From Candidatus Obscuribacterales bacterium (GTDB taxonomy: Bacteria; Cyanobacteriota; Vampirovibrionia; Obscuribacterales; Obscuribacteraceae), in contig JARLHI010000040.1 in the NCBI GenBank assembly GCA_031292355.1, positions 36,090 to 100,089 on the forward strand: a stretch of DNA of 64,000 bases, given 5' to 3'. Made by a program: the position numbers and the translations under genes. This document shows positions 44,409-53,517 of this stretch, piece after piece (within the stretch, counting starts at the first letter, position 1; the number at the start of each line of letters is the position of its first letter). The notes under the pieces were generated by a model. It was given only the letters and a program-made list of their open reading frames with translations. It made no database searches and was not told the DNA's origin.

Positions 44409-46712
44409 TCAAATGTATTTGAAGGGCCCTGCTTTGAGCGCCTCCGCGATGAGACTATTGCGTTCGTCTCCAGAGGTGTGACTGGCGCAGATGCTGAGAT
44501 GGAGATTTGCTGCGGTGCGAAGATCGTAGCTTTTGAGCTTGACGCCCATCAGTTTGATCTGAGCATCGGCTGCAACATCGCCGCTTTCGACGGCTCGTGT
44601 TCCCGCCAGATACAAATCAGCGGCCAGACGATGCCAGTCGAGATTGTCTTGCATGACACCGGCGATGATACCGGCGGCCGCAACCAATTCGTCTTTGCCT
44701 GGTTTGCTGCTCGGTAGCGTCTCGATGAGCACCCTTGCTGCCTGCATTTCAGCCGGCACGTGGGCGATCGAAGATGACGGTACTCGCTTAAGGGCTTTCA
44801 CCGCCGAAGCGCGATTGCCTTCAAGTGCCAGGCTGCGAGAGTGAACGAAGGCGGCCATGGCGAATCTGTCGGCATCGACCAATGTGACCAAGTCACAGCA
44901 GCCAATCGCTGTCGAGGTGTCGCCGACAAGCTCCGAAGCAAAGCCCAGAGCCAACTTGGCCGCGGGTTCGCCAGGCAGCTGGACGACGACCGAGCTGTAA
45001 AATTCCACAGCGCGATTGTGATCGCCCTTTGCCAGAGCCAGTAGACCGCGTAACCAAACGGTCTTCCAGTCATCCGGTTCAGACTCTGCCAGGGTGTTGA
45101 GAAGTCCTTCGGCTTCATTGTGTTCGTCGAGCTGGATCAGACAGTGAGCCAGACGAAAGCGTGCCTCGCGTGATTTCGGATGCTTGTCGGCGAGAGCCAC
45201 CAGGACGGGCTTCAACTCACTGGCTGCGGTTGCGGCTTTTAGAGCCGTCTCCACTTCTCCGCGAGCAGAATCGTCCATGTCGATTTTGAGACCAGGCAGC
45301 AAACGCCAGTTGGCTTCAGGCGAGCCGTTGCTGATGTCGCCGTCGAAGAACTCGGACTCGAGTGGCTTGGTCGCACCCGTATCGATTGCTACCACTTCTC
45401 TGAGAACGCCCCAGAGTTGTGCTTCGAATTCGGCTACGGATGAGAAGCGATCGAGCGGGTCGGGAGCCGTCGCGCGCCTGATGATTGCGGCATACGAAGG
45501 ATATTTGTCGAAGTTTTCGAGATCGTCTGGCAGCGAGTAGCGGTACATCTCTTCGAAGTCGAAGACGTTCGAAAGTACAGCCAGCACGCGTCCTAGCGAG
45601 TAGAGGTCCGACTGCTCCGACAGAATAAGGTCGACGCTTTCGTCATCGACTTCGCGCGGAGCATAGCCCTTGGTGGATGTGACATTCGGCATCAGGTTCG
45701 TAGCCAGAACGCAGCCACCGGCGTCGATCATCACCATGCGATTGCCGGTGACCATGAAGTTGCCTGGCTTGATGTCGGGGTTGAAAACCTTCGGCTTCTG
45801 CTCATGGAGGAAGCCGATGGACTGACACATGCCCAGAACATAGGCGATAGACTGCGCGACAGGTAGCGGTTCGTTGTTGTCTTCGTAGATCTGTTCGACC
45901 GTTTTTCCGTCGACCAGCTGCATGGCGATGAGCGGCTGATTCTGGTGGGTTTTGAAGCCGAAGATCTGCACCACCGACGGATGAGAAAGCTTAGCGAGCA
46001 TCTGCTTTTCGGCAATGGCCGCTTCGCGATCCATCTTGTTGTTGGTGATCACGCCCTTGACGATAGCCCAGCGTTCGACGTCGAGGTCCCAGCACAGGTA
46101 AATGTAGCCGCAACCTCCCTTGGCGATGGTGCCTTTCACTTCATATTGGTTGGCGACGATGGTGCCGGGCAACATCGCGTACGAATATGGTGAACCGCAT
46201 TTGGTGCAGACACCAGAATCCGCCAGGTTGCCGTCCTTGTCGCGACGGGTAAGAGGAACCCTCACACCGGGATGGCGCTTGCCGGTCGGATCATCGCAGA
46301 AGCGCTGCTCGACAGGCACATCCCACTTGGTCTTGATCAAGTGCAACGGATCTGTCTGCGGCACTTCGCTCACAGCGACAAAACCGCCGCCCAGGTTGCG
46401 TCGCTTTGAAGAGGAGGTTTGGCTGCTGGCACCGCCCAGACGCTTCTTGTTCAATAGCCCTTGGGCTTGTGCCGCCGGCTTGCCGATGAATCGTACGGAG
46501 CGCCTGGACGAACGCAGAGATGAGCCGCCGATTTTCGCGCTGCTGCGTGCCGAGTTCGTATTCTTCGCCACCGCTACCGCCACCGATGGCAGCAGCGTAA
46601 GGTCAACCATGGCGCCGCAGTCGTTGCAGAAGCCATCTGCGATGACACCGCCGCATTTGGCTCCATTGACTATCTGTTCACATATTGGCATGGCCATTAC
46701 TGATCTCTCCAT
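44409..46712 (-). CDS. zinc-ribbon + Ser/Thr protein kinase (non-RD type) + TPR-repeat C-terminal domain
   Basis: N-terminal CEQIVNGAKCGG…FCNDCGAM. Gly-loop AKGGCGYIY, VAIK-like AIVKG, catalytic loop NPDIKPGNFMV (HRD replaced by NPD), DAG in place of DFG, APE-like region. C-terminal TPR repeats. Confidence 0.75.
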   Translation of the reverse strand: MERSVMAMPICEQIVNGAKCGGVIADGFCNDCGAMVDLTLLPSVAVAVAKNTNSARSSAKIGGSSLRSSRRSVRFIGKPAAQAQGLLNKKRLGGASSQTSSSKRRNLGGGFVAVSEVPQTDPLHLIKTKWDVPVEQRFCDDPTGKRHPGVRVPLTRRDKDGNLADSGVCTKCGSPYSYAMLPGTIVANQYEVKGTIAKGGCGYIYLCWDLDVERWAIVKGVITNNKMDREAAIAEKQMLAKLSHPSVVQIFGFKTHQNQPLIAMQLVDGKTVEQIYEDNNEPLPVAQSIAYVLGMCQSIGFLHEQKPKVFNPDIKPGNFMVTGNRMVMIDAGGCVLATNLMPNVTSTKGYAPREVDDESVDLILSEQSDLYSLGRVLAVLSNVFDFEEMYRYSLPDDLENFDKYPSYAAIIRRATAPDPLDRFSSVAEFEAQLWGVLREVVAIDTGATKPLESEFFDGDISNGSPEANWRLLPGLKIDMDDSARGEVETALKAATAASELKPVLVALADKHPKSREARFRLAHCLIQLDEHNEAEGLLNTLAESEPDDWKTVWLRGLLALAKGDHNRAVEFYSSVVVQLPGEPAAKLALGFASELVGDTSTAIGCCDLVTLVDADRFAMAAFVHSRSLALEGNRASAVKALKRVPSSSIAHVPAEMQAARVLIETLPSSKPGKDELVAAAGIIAGVMQDNLDWHRLAADLYLAGTRAVESGDVAADAQIKLMGVKLKSYDLRTAANLHLSICASHTSGDERNSLIAEALKAGPFKYI

Positions 46713-46824
46713 TAAGGTTTGATGGACTGAATTCCAGGCAGGGTCTCAACCGGACCCTACCAGGCTAGACTTGAGCCCTCATCGGGTTTTCATTGAGACT
46801 GACCTGGAAATCAGAGCGAAAATT

Positions 46825-47865
46825 TCAGGTTTTGCTGCCGGCGTCGGCTTCGAGCCGCGCGAGCATCTCCTGGAATTTCTGCACCGCGTCCTCGGCCGCC
46901 TTCACATCGCACGGGCGCTTGCGAGCGAGCGTGAGAACGAGAGCCGCCTGACTGTTCAGCGCTTCGTTTCCACCTTCGCCGGCAAATTTGCCGCGCTCGG
47001 CTGCCCGATACAAGGTGGAAAAGAATCCCTCCACAGACTCGGGCTGAGCGGCCTGTTTGTTCTTGGCCTTGAGCGTCTTCTGACGTTCCTCCAGCAGTGC
47101 CTGGGCAGTGGAGAACCACGAATATACAGTGAGAGCCGCCTGCGGGAAATTGTTCTCGTCTGCCGCCATTTGTGCGGTGGTGAGTGTCGTCGCCAGGGCG
47201 CCTATCGCATCCTTTTGATCGACATTTTCGGCCGCCGCGCCGAGAACGATGGAAACCAGCTTGACCTGCGTCGCAACGACCCTGGTGTTGATCTTCTCGA
47301 GATCGCTGAGGAGCGTCGTGGCGTCGGCGAGCTTGTTGCGGACCGAAGTTTCGTCGGTCGAGAAAGAATCGACGGCAGTGCTTGCGGCGATGATGAGTGC
47401 CTCGAGATTCGTAGCTTCGGCCGAAACGTCGGCGTTGGGATTGGTCTTGAGGGCATCGCGGATGGTGTCAACCGCCTTGGCGCAGGCGGCGACTTCTGGT
47501 AGCTCGAGAGCGCCCTTGGCTGAGGCGATTTCTTGAACGCTCGCGAAGGTAGCGAGCTTGACGGCGAGCTGAGGAGGCATGCCGTTCGCGGCCTCGCGTA
47601 AGCTTGCTACAACGCTGGACAAATCACCGAGAGCGGCGGTGCCGGTTGTTTTCGCGCGGGCGATGATGGCATCGAGTTGAGCGAGCGCCTGTGCGCGTGC
47701 CTGCGGGTCGGTCATCGAGCGAGCTTTGTTCAAAGCGGCAGTGACGCCCGGTTCCACGGCAGTCCAGGCTTCGCGGGCGGCTGTGCTAGCTGTGCGTGCA
47801 TACTGACCGGCCTTGTGAGCAGCGCCAAGAAGGGTCTCGAAGATATCGGAAGACGACATTCGCAT
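46825..47865 (-). CDS. Ala-rich all-helical hypothetical protein, first gene of the kinase operon
   Basis: 346 aa, predicted helical and Ala-rich. 112-nt gap to the kinase gene on the same strand. Confidence 0.5.
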   Translation of the reverse strand: MRMSSSDIFETLLGAAHKAGQYARTASTAAREAWTAVEPGVTAALNKARSMTDPQARAQALAQLDAIIARAKTTGTAALGDLSSVVASLREAANGMPPQLAVKLATFASVQEIASAKGALELPEVAACAKAVDTIRDALKTNPNADVSAEATNLEALIIAASTAVDSFSTDETSVRNKLADATTLLSDLEKINTRVVATQVKLVSIVLGAAAENVDQKDAIGALATTLTTAQMAADENNFPQAALTVYSWFSTAQALLEERQKTLKAKNKQAAQPESVEGFFSTLYRAAERGKFAGEGGNEALNSQAALVLTLARKRPCDVKAAEDAVQKFQEMLARLEADAGSKT

Positions 47866-48313
47866 TCTCCATTGAGTTGAAGCGGTTGACAGTTAAAGAG
47901 TTGCTCTAGCCCCGCCCAATACATCTGGCACCAGTCACCACTATCACCAAACCAAAAGCGCAAACGACGTCGCTTAGACCAGAAGTGCTAAGAGACGATG
48001 TAAGTGATTGGTGATAAGCGCTGAGTAGTAAGTTTTTCTGCTGCGAGTAAGTATGTGGGGAGTACCTTCACCCTACAATTCTTATATGCGCAGATGCCAA
48101 GAACTTTGCGCACCTGCAACAAACTTTGGGTGAATCAGTTCGCGCTACGTTGATGAGTACAAAACTTAAACACATCAACATTTAGATACGAAATAGTGTC
48201 ATCGATGTGGCAAGGCTATTTATGCGGCTTTTCTGTGAAAAACGAAAGAGATTATAAACAGCATTGGTATGATAAAATGACGGCGCCAAGTTTAAAAATA
48301 AAGAAAAACGAAA

Positions 48314-49222
48314 CTACTCGAACACGCGAAGACTGTCTTCTAGTGCTAACTTCGCGCTAACTGATGGATCTCTTCTTTTGATAATAATTGGTGTCTGCAA
48401 AATGAAGTCTTGCTTGCCAACTTTCTTCAAGCGGCCGCCCGGCACTACGACTGCGTTCTCCGGTACTCGGCCGAAATATTCCTCGCCGGTGTTAATGTCG
48501 ACGATAGGAGTCCGCGCAGTGATAATTGTGCCGGCGCCAAGAACTGCACCAGCTTCCACAACACAGCCTTCATAGACGCCGCAACTGCCGCCGATAAAAG
48601 CACCGTCTTCGATAATGACAGGAGTGCTGTTTGGTGGTTCAAGCACGCCACCAATAACGGTGCCAGCTCCCAGGTGAACATTTTTGCCGATTTGTGCACA
48701 CGAGCCAACCAGCACGAGTGAATCAACAAGAACACCTTCATCTACATAGGCGCCAATATTGATAAAGCTGGGTGCCATTATTACTACTTTAGGGGCGACA
48801 TAGCAGCCTCTTCGTACCGATGAATACGGCAGCAGTCTGTTTGTTGCTGGTGAAAATTCCTTTAGAGGAATTTTGTCGCAAAAAGGACCTTCGTCCATTT
48901 TTACAACCGGGCGTAGTCTGAAATATAAAAGAATTGCTTTTTTGACCCAGGCGTTTACTTTCCAAATACTGGAGTCGTGGTCTCCGTAAGCTTTTTCGGC
49001 TACTCGTACACGTCCTGAATCAAGAGCCTCGATTACTTCTTCGACAATCTCCAGAGTGTTTTCTGGAAGAGTCGTCATCTCGAAATATTCTTCAATGATG
49101 TGGGCTAAGTCGGCAATTTCTTTTGGCACGGGATTTTCTCTTTTGTGGAGGACATTTACTTGCTGCGCAGCACTTGATGCAGGCGCAAAGCGGTTTGTGA
49201 CAATATGGCAGAACCTATCCAC
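48314..49222 (-). CDS. dapD: 2,3,4,5-tetrahydropyridine-2,6-dicarboxylate N-acyltransferase (DapD/DapH family)
   Basis: N-terminal IIEEYFE…LDSGRVRVAEK matches the DapD N-domain. C-terminal left-handed beta-helix hexapeptide repeats. The true start is probably the GTG near 49129, which avoids a 67-bp overlap with the upstream gene. Confidence 0.75.
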   Translation of the reverse strand: MDRFCHIVTNRFAPASSAAQQVNVLHKRENPVPKEIADLAHIIEEYFEMTTLPENTLEIVEEVIEALDSGRVRVAEKAYGDHDSSIWKVNAWVKKAILLYFRLRPVVKMDEGPFCDKIPLKEFSPATNRLLPYSSVRRGCYVAPKVVIMAPSFINIGAYVDEGVLVDSLVLVGSCAQIGKNVHLGAGTVIGGVLEPPNSTPVIIEDGAFIGGSCGVYEGCVVEAGAVLGAGTIITARTPIVDINTGEEYFGRVPENAVVVPGGRLKKVGKQDFILQTPIIIKRRDPSVSAKLALEDSLRVFE

Positions 49223-50394
49223 AAACCAGATTCATCTATATCGAATGTTGCTGTATGGTGCGGAAAATATCCTTCATGCTGACCGGGGCGCTTTAATTCG
49301 CCACCCAAAAACATGAATGCTCCTGGAGCCAGATTGGCAAACATTGAAAAATCTTCACTCCAGCCTTTTGGTTTAAGTGTGATGACGTTTTCTTCACCAA
49401 TCATTTCAATAGCTACTTCTCTCATCACATCAACAATAGTTGGATCATTAACGAGACACGGATAGCCTTCTTCGTATTCGATTTTGTAGTCTCCGCCGAG
49501 TACTCGCGCAATTGAACAGGCGCGGTCGAGTTCGTCTTTGATTTTGGCTCTGGTTTTTAAGTCGAAAGTGCGGAATGTTCCTTGCAAAATCACTTCGTCT
49601 GAGATGACATTGCCACGTTGGCTGGAGCTATGAAAGGAGCCAATGGTGACTATCGCTGGTTCGGCACCGGCAATTTTGCGAGAGACGATTTGCTGAATTG
49701 TTGAAACGATTGTGGAAGCAATGACAACAGCATCGATTGTTGTCTCAGGGAAGGCTCCATGACCGCCTTTGCCGTAAATATGGATAGTGAAGGCATCCGA
49801 CGCTGCCATAACAGGTCCTGCTGCGAGACCGATTTTGCCAGCCGGTAAGCCGCCGTCCATATGCAAACCAATCACTGCGTCGACGCCGTTCATTGCATCG
49901 TCTTCGATCATGCGTGCTGCGCCTGATTTGCCTTCAGCGTCACCTATTTCTTCGGCCGGCTGCAGGAGCATACGAATGCCGCCTTGCAAGGCGCTGCCTT
50001 GTCCTGCCAAGATTTTTGCCGTAGCCATGGCACAAGACACATGGGCATCATGTCCGCAAGCGTGCATCACTGCTGGGTTTTTCGAACGATAGGCAGTTTC
50101 GTTTTTTTCTTCTATAGGTAAGCCATCCATATCGGCGCGAATGGCTACAACAGGGCCGCTACCATGAGCTAGATCGGCTATGACGCCCGTTTTACCAACG
50201 CCCTTTTTGACTTTGAAACCGCTCGTTTCCAGCTTTTCAGCAGCAAGTTTGGCGGTTTCGAATTCTTCGAAGCCAAGTTCAGGATGCTCATGTAAATGCC
50301 TGCGCAATTTGACGATTTCGCCCTGTAATTCTTGCGCCTGGGCGGCGATTTTGGCTGACTCAGCTGCTTTATCTGAATGCGATCTCTCTGTCAT
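49156..50394 (-). CDS. M20D-family amidohydrolase (probable N-acyl-diaminopimelate deacylase)
   Basis: HEHPELGFEE…MHACGHDAH metal-binding motifs of peptidase M20D. Adjacent to dapD. Confidence 0.7.
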   Translation of the reverse strand: MTERSHSDKAAESAKIAAQAQELQGEIVKLRRHLHEHPELGFEEFETAKLAAEKLETSGFKVKKGVGKTGVIADLAHGSGPVVAIRADMDGLPIEEKNETAYRSKNPAVMHACGHDAHVSCAMATAKILAGQGSALQGGIRMLLQPAEEIGDAEGKSGAARMIEDDAMNGVDAVIGLHMDGGLPAGKIGLAAGPVMAASDAFTIHIYGKGGHGAFPETTIDAVVIASTIVSTIQQIVSRKIAGAEPAIVTIGSFHSSSQRGNVISDEVILQGTFRTFDLKTRAKIKDELDRACSIARVLGGDYKIEYEEGYPCLVNDPTIVDVMREVAIEMIGEENVITLKPKGWSEDFSMFANLAPGAFMFLGGELKRPGQHEGYFPHHTATFDIDESGLWIGSAILSQTALRLHQVLRSK

Positions 50395-50396
50395 GA

Positions 50397-50567
50397 TTAA
50401 TAACGACCGCCGCCTTTGGGACTCCAGTTAGCAAATGCTTCTTCTACTGTTCTTGTGCAAATTTTGGTAACGAGCAGACAAATTGCTTGAATTTGCTCTT
50501 CGGTAAAAGTTGCTCCGGTTTCTTCAAGGGCTTTGCGTACGATGTGTTCTGCATCAGAATGGAACAT
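50397..50567 (-). CDS. small 56-aa protein translationally coupled to the M20D gene
   Basis: Not in the ORF track (below 60 aa). ATG after GGGAGAG. Its stop lies 2 nt before the M20D ATG. Sequence MFHSDAEHIVRKALEETGATFTEEQIQAICLL…. Confidence 0.4.
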   Translation of the reverse strand: MFHSDAEHIVRKALEETGATFTEEQIQAICLLVTKICTRTVEEAFANWSPKGGGRY

Positions 50568-50765
50568 AACAGCTCTCCCGTTTGATATGGTGCGACCGCT
50601 TGAGTTTATCGCGAATAAGCTTGCTGAGAGCAGTCAAGCGCTGTTTTTGTGCATTTTCAAAAGAAGTTGCAACACGAAACGAGATTTGCTTGTCAACTAA
50701 ACCTCGGAGTTTGCTAGGCTAAGGGGCCGATGCTGTTAATAATTGGAGTAATTGCAGGTTAATTT

Positions 50766-51380
50766 ATGTCAGACGAGCCACACTTTGAAGTCGAGCGCAA
50801 ATTCCGATTGACTGATGAGGAATTCGACGTCATGCCTGCTCGTCTGGTTGAGGATTTGAATTTCGTCAAAGTGCGTGAAGTAACCGAGACAGACACTTTT
50901 TTTCCAGCGGAAAAGCCTGGAGATATGGTGCGCATCCGAGATGAAAAATGCGGCACAGATACAGTTCATTATTTGACACAGAAAACCTGGAAGATTGTTG
51001 GCGAATCAAAAGAGCGAAGCGAGCAAGAAGAAAAGCTTACCGCCAATGTGCGCAATTGCATGATTGCAGTCGGTGAGCGAATGAACGACGGCAAACCTTT
51101 GCTGACCTTGTTCAAGACCAGGACTTTTTATGAGCGTTTGCAAAAATCAGATCCTGGTGCCAAAAAAGTGTTGGTCGTGCTCGACACTCTGCCTGAATTG
51201 GGCAGTTATTCGGGGCATTATATGGAAGTGGAAATTTTGGTGCCAGAAGGAGCAAATGTAGAGGCTGCTCGAACACAGATTTTGGGTATAGCCAAGGCCT
51301 TGCTGCAAGGCGAAGAGCGGGCGCCAATGGAAATTTCGTATATGAATATGCTAATTGAGTCTAAGAAACAGACTGTATAA
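50766..51380 (+). CDS. CYTH (triphosphate tunnel metalloenzyme) domain protein
   Basis: N-terminal FEVERKF (ExExK) signature of CYTH/CyaB-ThTPase, followed by a run of acidic residues. Confidence 0.65.
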   Translation: MSDEPHFEVERKFRLTDEEFDVMPARLVEDLNFVKVREVTETDTFFPAEKPGDMVRIRDEKCGTDTVHYLTQKTWKIVGESKERSEQEEKLTANVRNCMIAVGERMNDGKPLLTLFKTRTFYERLQKSDPGAKKVLVVLDTLPELGSYSGHYMEVEILVPEGANVEAARTQILGIAKALLQGEERAPMEISYMNMLIESKKQTV

Positions 51381-51410
51381 GTGGTGTTGTCTGCAGTGGC
51401 AGTCGTGCCG

Positions 51411-51710
51411 TCATTCTTTCGGTGGCGGCTTATCCAACATAGTTTGGGTGCCTTGATTGCCTGTTAATGATGAGGTCACGGCTTTATAGAGCGAATCTCT
51501 GCATGTATAGACGCCAGCGCCAAGCGCGATAATAACCACGATTATAATCAATGGAGCGTTATTTGAGGGCGCTTTGTATTTTGGTACGATGTATTTTTGC
51601 CCGCAGCTTTTGCAGGTGGAGAAGTCCGTGACATCGACTTCGTTGCAACGATTACATCTTTTAGAAACAGCATCACTCATGAGCACGTACTCCAAATCGG
51701 TAGCCACCAT
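51411..51710 (-). CDS. zinc-ribbon + single TM small protein
   Basis: CNRCNEVDV…CKSCGQKY, then a hydrophobic helix (LIIIVVIIALGAGVY). Start uncertain (alternative ATG at 51680 after GGAG). Confidence 0.45.
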   Translation of the reverse strand: MVATDLEYVLMSDAVSKRCNRCNEVDVTDFSTCKSCGQKYIVPKYKAPSNNAPLIIIVVIIALGAGVYTCRDSLYKAVTSSLTGNQGTQTMLDKPPPKE

Positions 51711-51953
51711 TAGCGGCAACCAATTGAGTAACTGACTAACCCGTAGGTATAGCTCAAAAGAAAGCTTTTATAGATGTACTTCGATAATATCACTATTGAG
51801 CTTTGGTAACTGGAAATAACTGTTGGAATTTCATTTGTCCTTTTCGGCAAAGTCGCATCTATAAAATAGACAGTAGCGTAGTCGGACTTTTACCACGCTA
51901 CTGTCTATCAGAAAGTAAGAGTTTGAAAGTTACACAGAGTCAGTCTATGCGCA

Positions 51954-52259
51954 TTACGACTTGAGTTTCTCCTGCGCCCGCTGGTATTCCTTTTGTGCAG
52001 CGTTCTCGATGAAACTGAGCTCCGCCCAAACAGCAAAGTTCGGACCATCTTTCATTGTCTGCACTAGACGCAGGAGCCGTCGAGCCGACTTCCTCAGCTC
52101 AACATTATCGATCGCCCGGACGTCATACGCAATGGCACGACAGGCGGTGAGGGCCACTTGGAGGTACTTATCGACCTCCATCAAGACGTCTTGTGCGCGG
52201 CGCCGGTCTTCCATTGCTGCAACAGCAGATCGCGCTTTTAGATTTTTGTTGGTATTCAT
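51954..52259 (-). CDS. small hypothetical protein (101 aa)
   Basis: ORF 51954..52592 trimmed to MNTNKN after GAGGAAAGGA. The N-terminal part of the long ORF overlaps the upstream small gene. Confidence 0.5.
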   Translation of the reverse strand: MNTNKNLKARSAVAAMEDRRRAQDVLMEVDKYLQVALTACRAIAYDVRAIDNVELRKSARRLLRLVQTMKDGPNFAVWAELSFIENAAQKEYQRAQEKLKS

Positions 52260-52273
52260 GATGATTCCTTTCC

Positions 52274-52480
52274 TCAGTAAGAACGCTTGCGTGCCTGTAT
52301 GCGGGGGCCGCCGCCGATGAAAACGGTAGCCTTTTTGTCCGTGGAGCCTGGTCCGGTCGGGTGGGCTGCAACGTCTAGACGACGTTTGTCCGGGGCCAAG
52401 AATGACAGCAAGCAGAGGACGAACAAGAGTACGGCGATAATGGCTAGGAGTACGATGATGGCTACAAAGTGGGGGGACAT
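52274..52480 (-). CDS. small membrane protein (68 aa)
   Basis: ATG after AAAGGAAA. One hydrophobic helix (FVAIIVLLAIIAVLLFVLCLL). Confidence 0.45.
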   Translation of the reverse strand: MSPHFVAIIVLLAIIAVLLFVLCLLSFLAPDKRRLDVAAHPTGPGSTDKKATVFIGGGPRIQARKRSY

Positions 52481-52533
52481 GTGTTGTTTCCTTTCTTTTC
52501 TTCTCTTTTCTTTCGTGAAATGCGGGGCGCAGT

Positions 52534-53055
52534 TTATAAAACCAGTCCGGCTCCAAATGGAAACGTTGCCGACTGGGCGGCACTGGGGGCAAGAGCTAGG
52601 GCACGCTGCATGATGTTCTTTAACTCCGCCCGCAACTGAGGAGTGATATTTACTCTCCGGCGCCCAGCTGCAAGAGATTCTTTGGCACCGGCGATTGTCT
52701 CATAGGCACCCAGCACATCCAGTTGCCAAAGCTCCTTGTTGACACCTTGGAACTTTTTGCCGTATCGGGCCAAATACTGGGTCATCCGGTGAGCCGAGGC
52801 TTCGAGCATAGCTATGCGATTGGCAAACTCCTGGTCAACGTAGGATACCAGGGCAACGTTTTTTGCATAGAGAAGCATGGCGTAGTCTAATTGGGTCGGA
52901 TGGCAGCCGTTTTTCAGCTGCTCTGCATACTCCGCCTGACGAGTCAGCAAACGCTTTATATTGTCCGACAATTGGCGCTGGAATGCGATCAATTCCTTGA
53001 CCTCCTCCGAGAATGCCTGTCTTCTTGGATCTTGGTAGGTGTATCTGTTGCTCAT
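52534..53055 (-). CDS. hypothetical protein (173 aa)
   Basis: ORF 52534..53085 re-started at MSNRYTYQ after GGAGAG. Helical. First gene of a three-gene small-protein operon. Confidence 0.5.
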   Translation of the reverse strand: MSNRYTYQDPRRQAFSEEVKELIAFQRQLSDNIKRLLTRQAEYAEQLKNGCHPTQLDYAMLLYAKNVALVSYVDQEFANRIAMLEASAHRMTQYLARYGKKFQGVNKELWQLDVLGAYETIAGAKESLAAGRRRVNITPQLRAELKNIMQRALALAPSAAQSATFPFGAGLVL

Positions 53056-53517
53056 TTTTCTCTCCATTTGTTTTTGAAGGTGCACAAGTACACACCATGC
53101 AACTTACATGGTCGAGTCGAGTTTTGATTGCGATGGTGTTTAGGACTGCTGCCCAATGAAAATCTCATTCATCGCTAGGCTGCAGAAAAGCGCTGAGGCG
53201 CCCGAGTTTGATTTAAAAGAAAGATGCATTGAATGGCTTGTGGCTAACTAGAACTCCAGAAAAAAGAAATGAGACGATATGCCTCAATCCTAATAACGTC
53301 CTTGTGTCAGCTCAAGCTATTTTGCCTCGAAGAGAGCAAGAACAAGTTTAAATTGACTCTTTTACTTGAAAACCACTTTTACTAGCCAAACTGGATCGCT
53401 TCCGGTATCAACTTTTGGCCAGAAGAGAATCCTCAAGAAAAACGCGGAGGAAAACGTGGAGGAAGGCATGGTGCAGTTGTGCAATAATTGCCATCCATAA
53501 AAGCGGTCCCATTGCTC

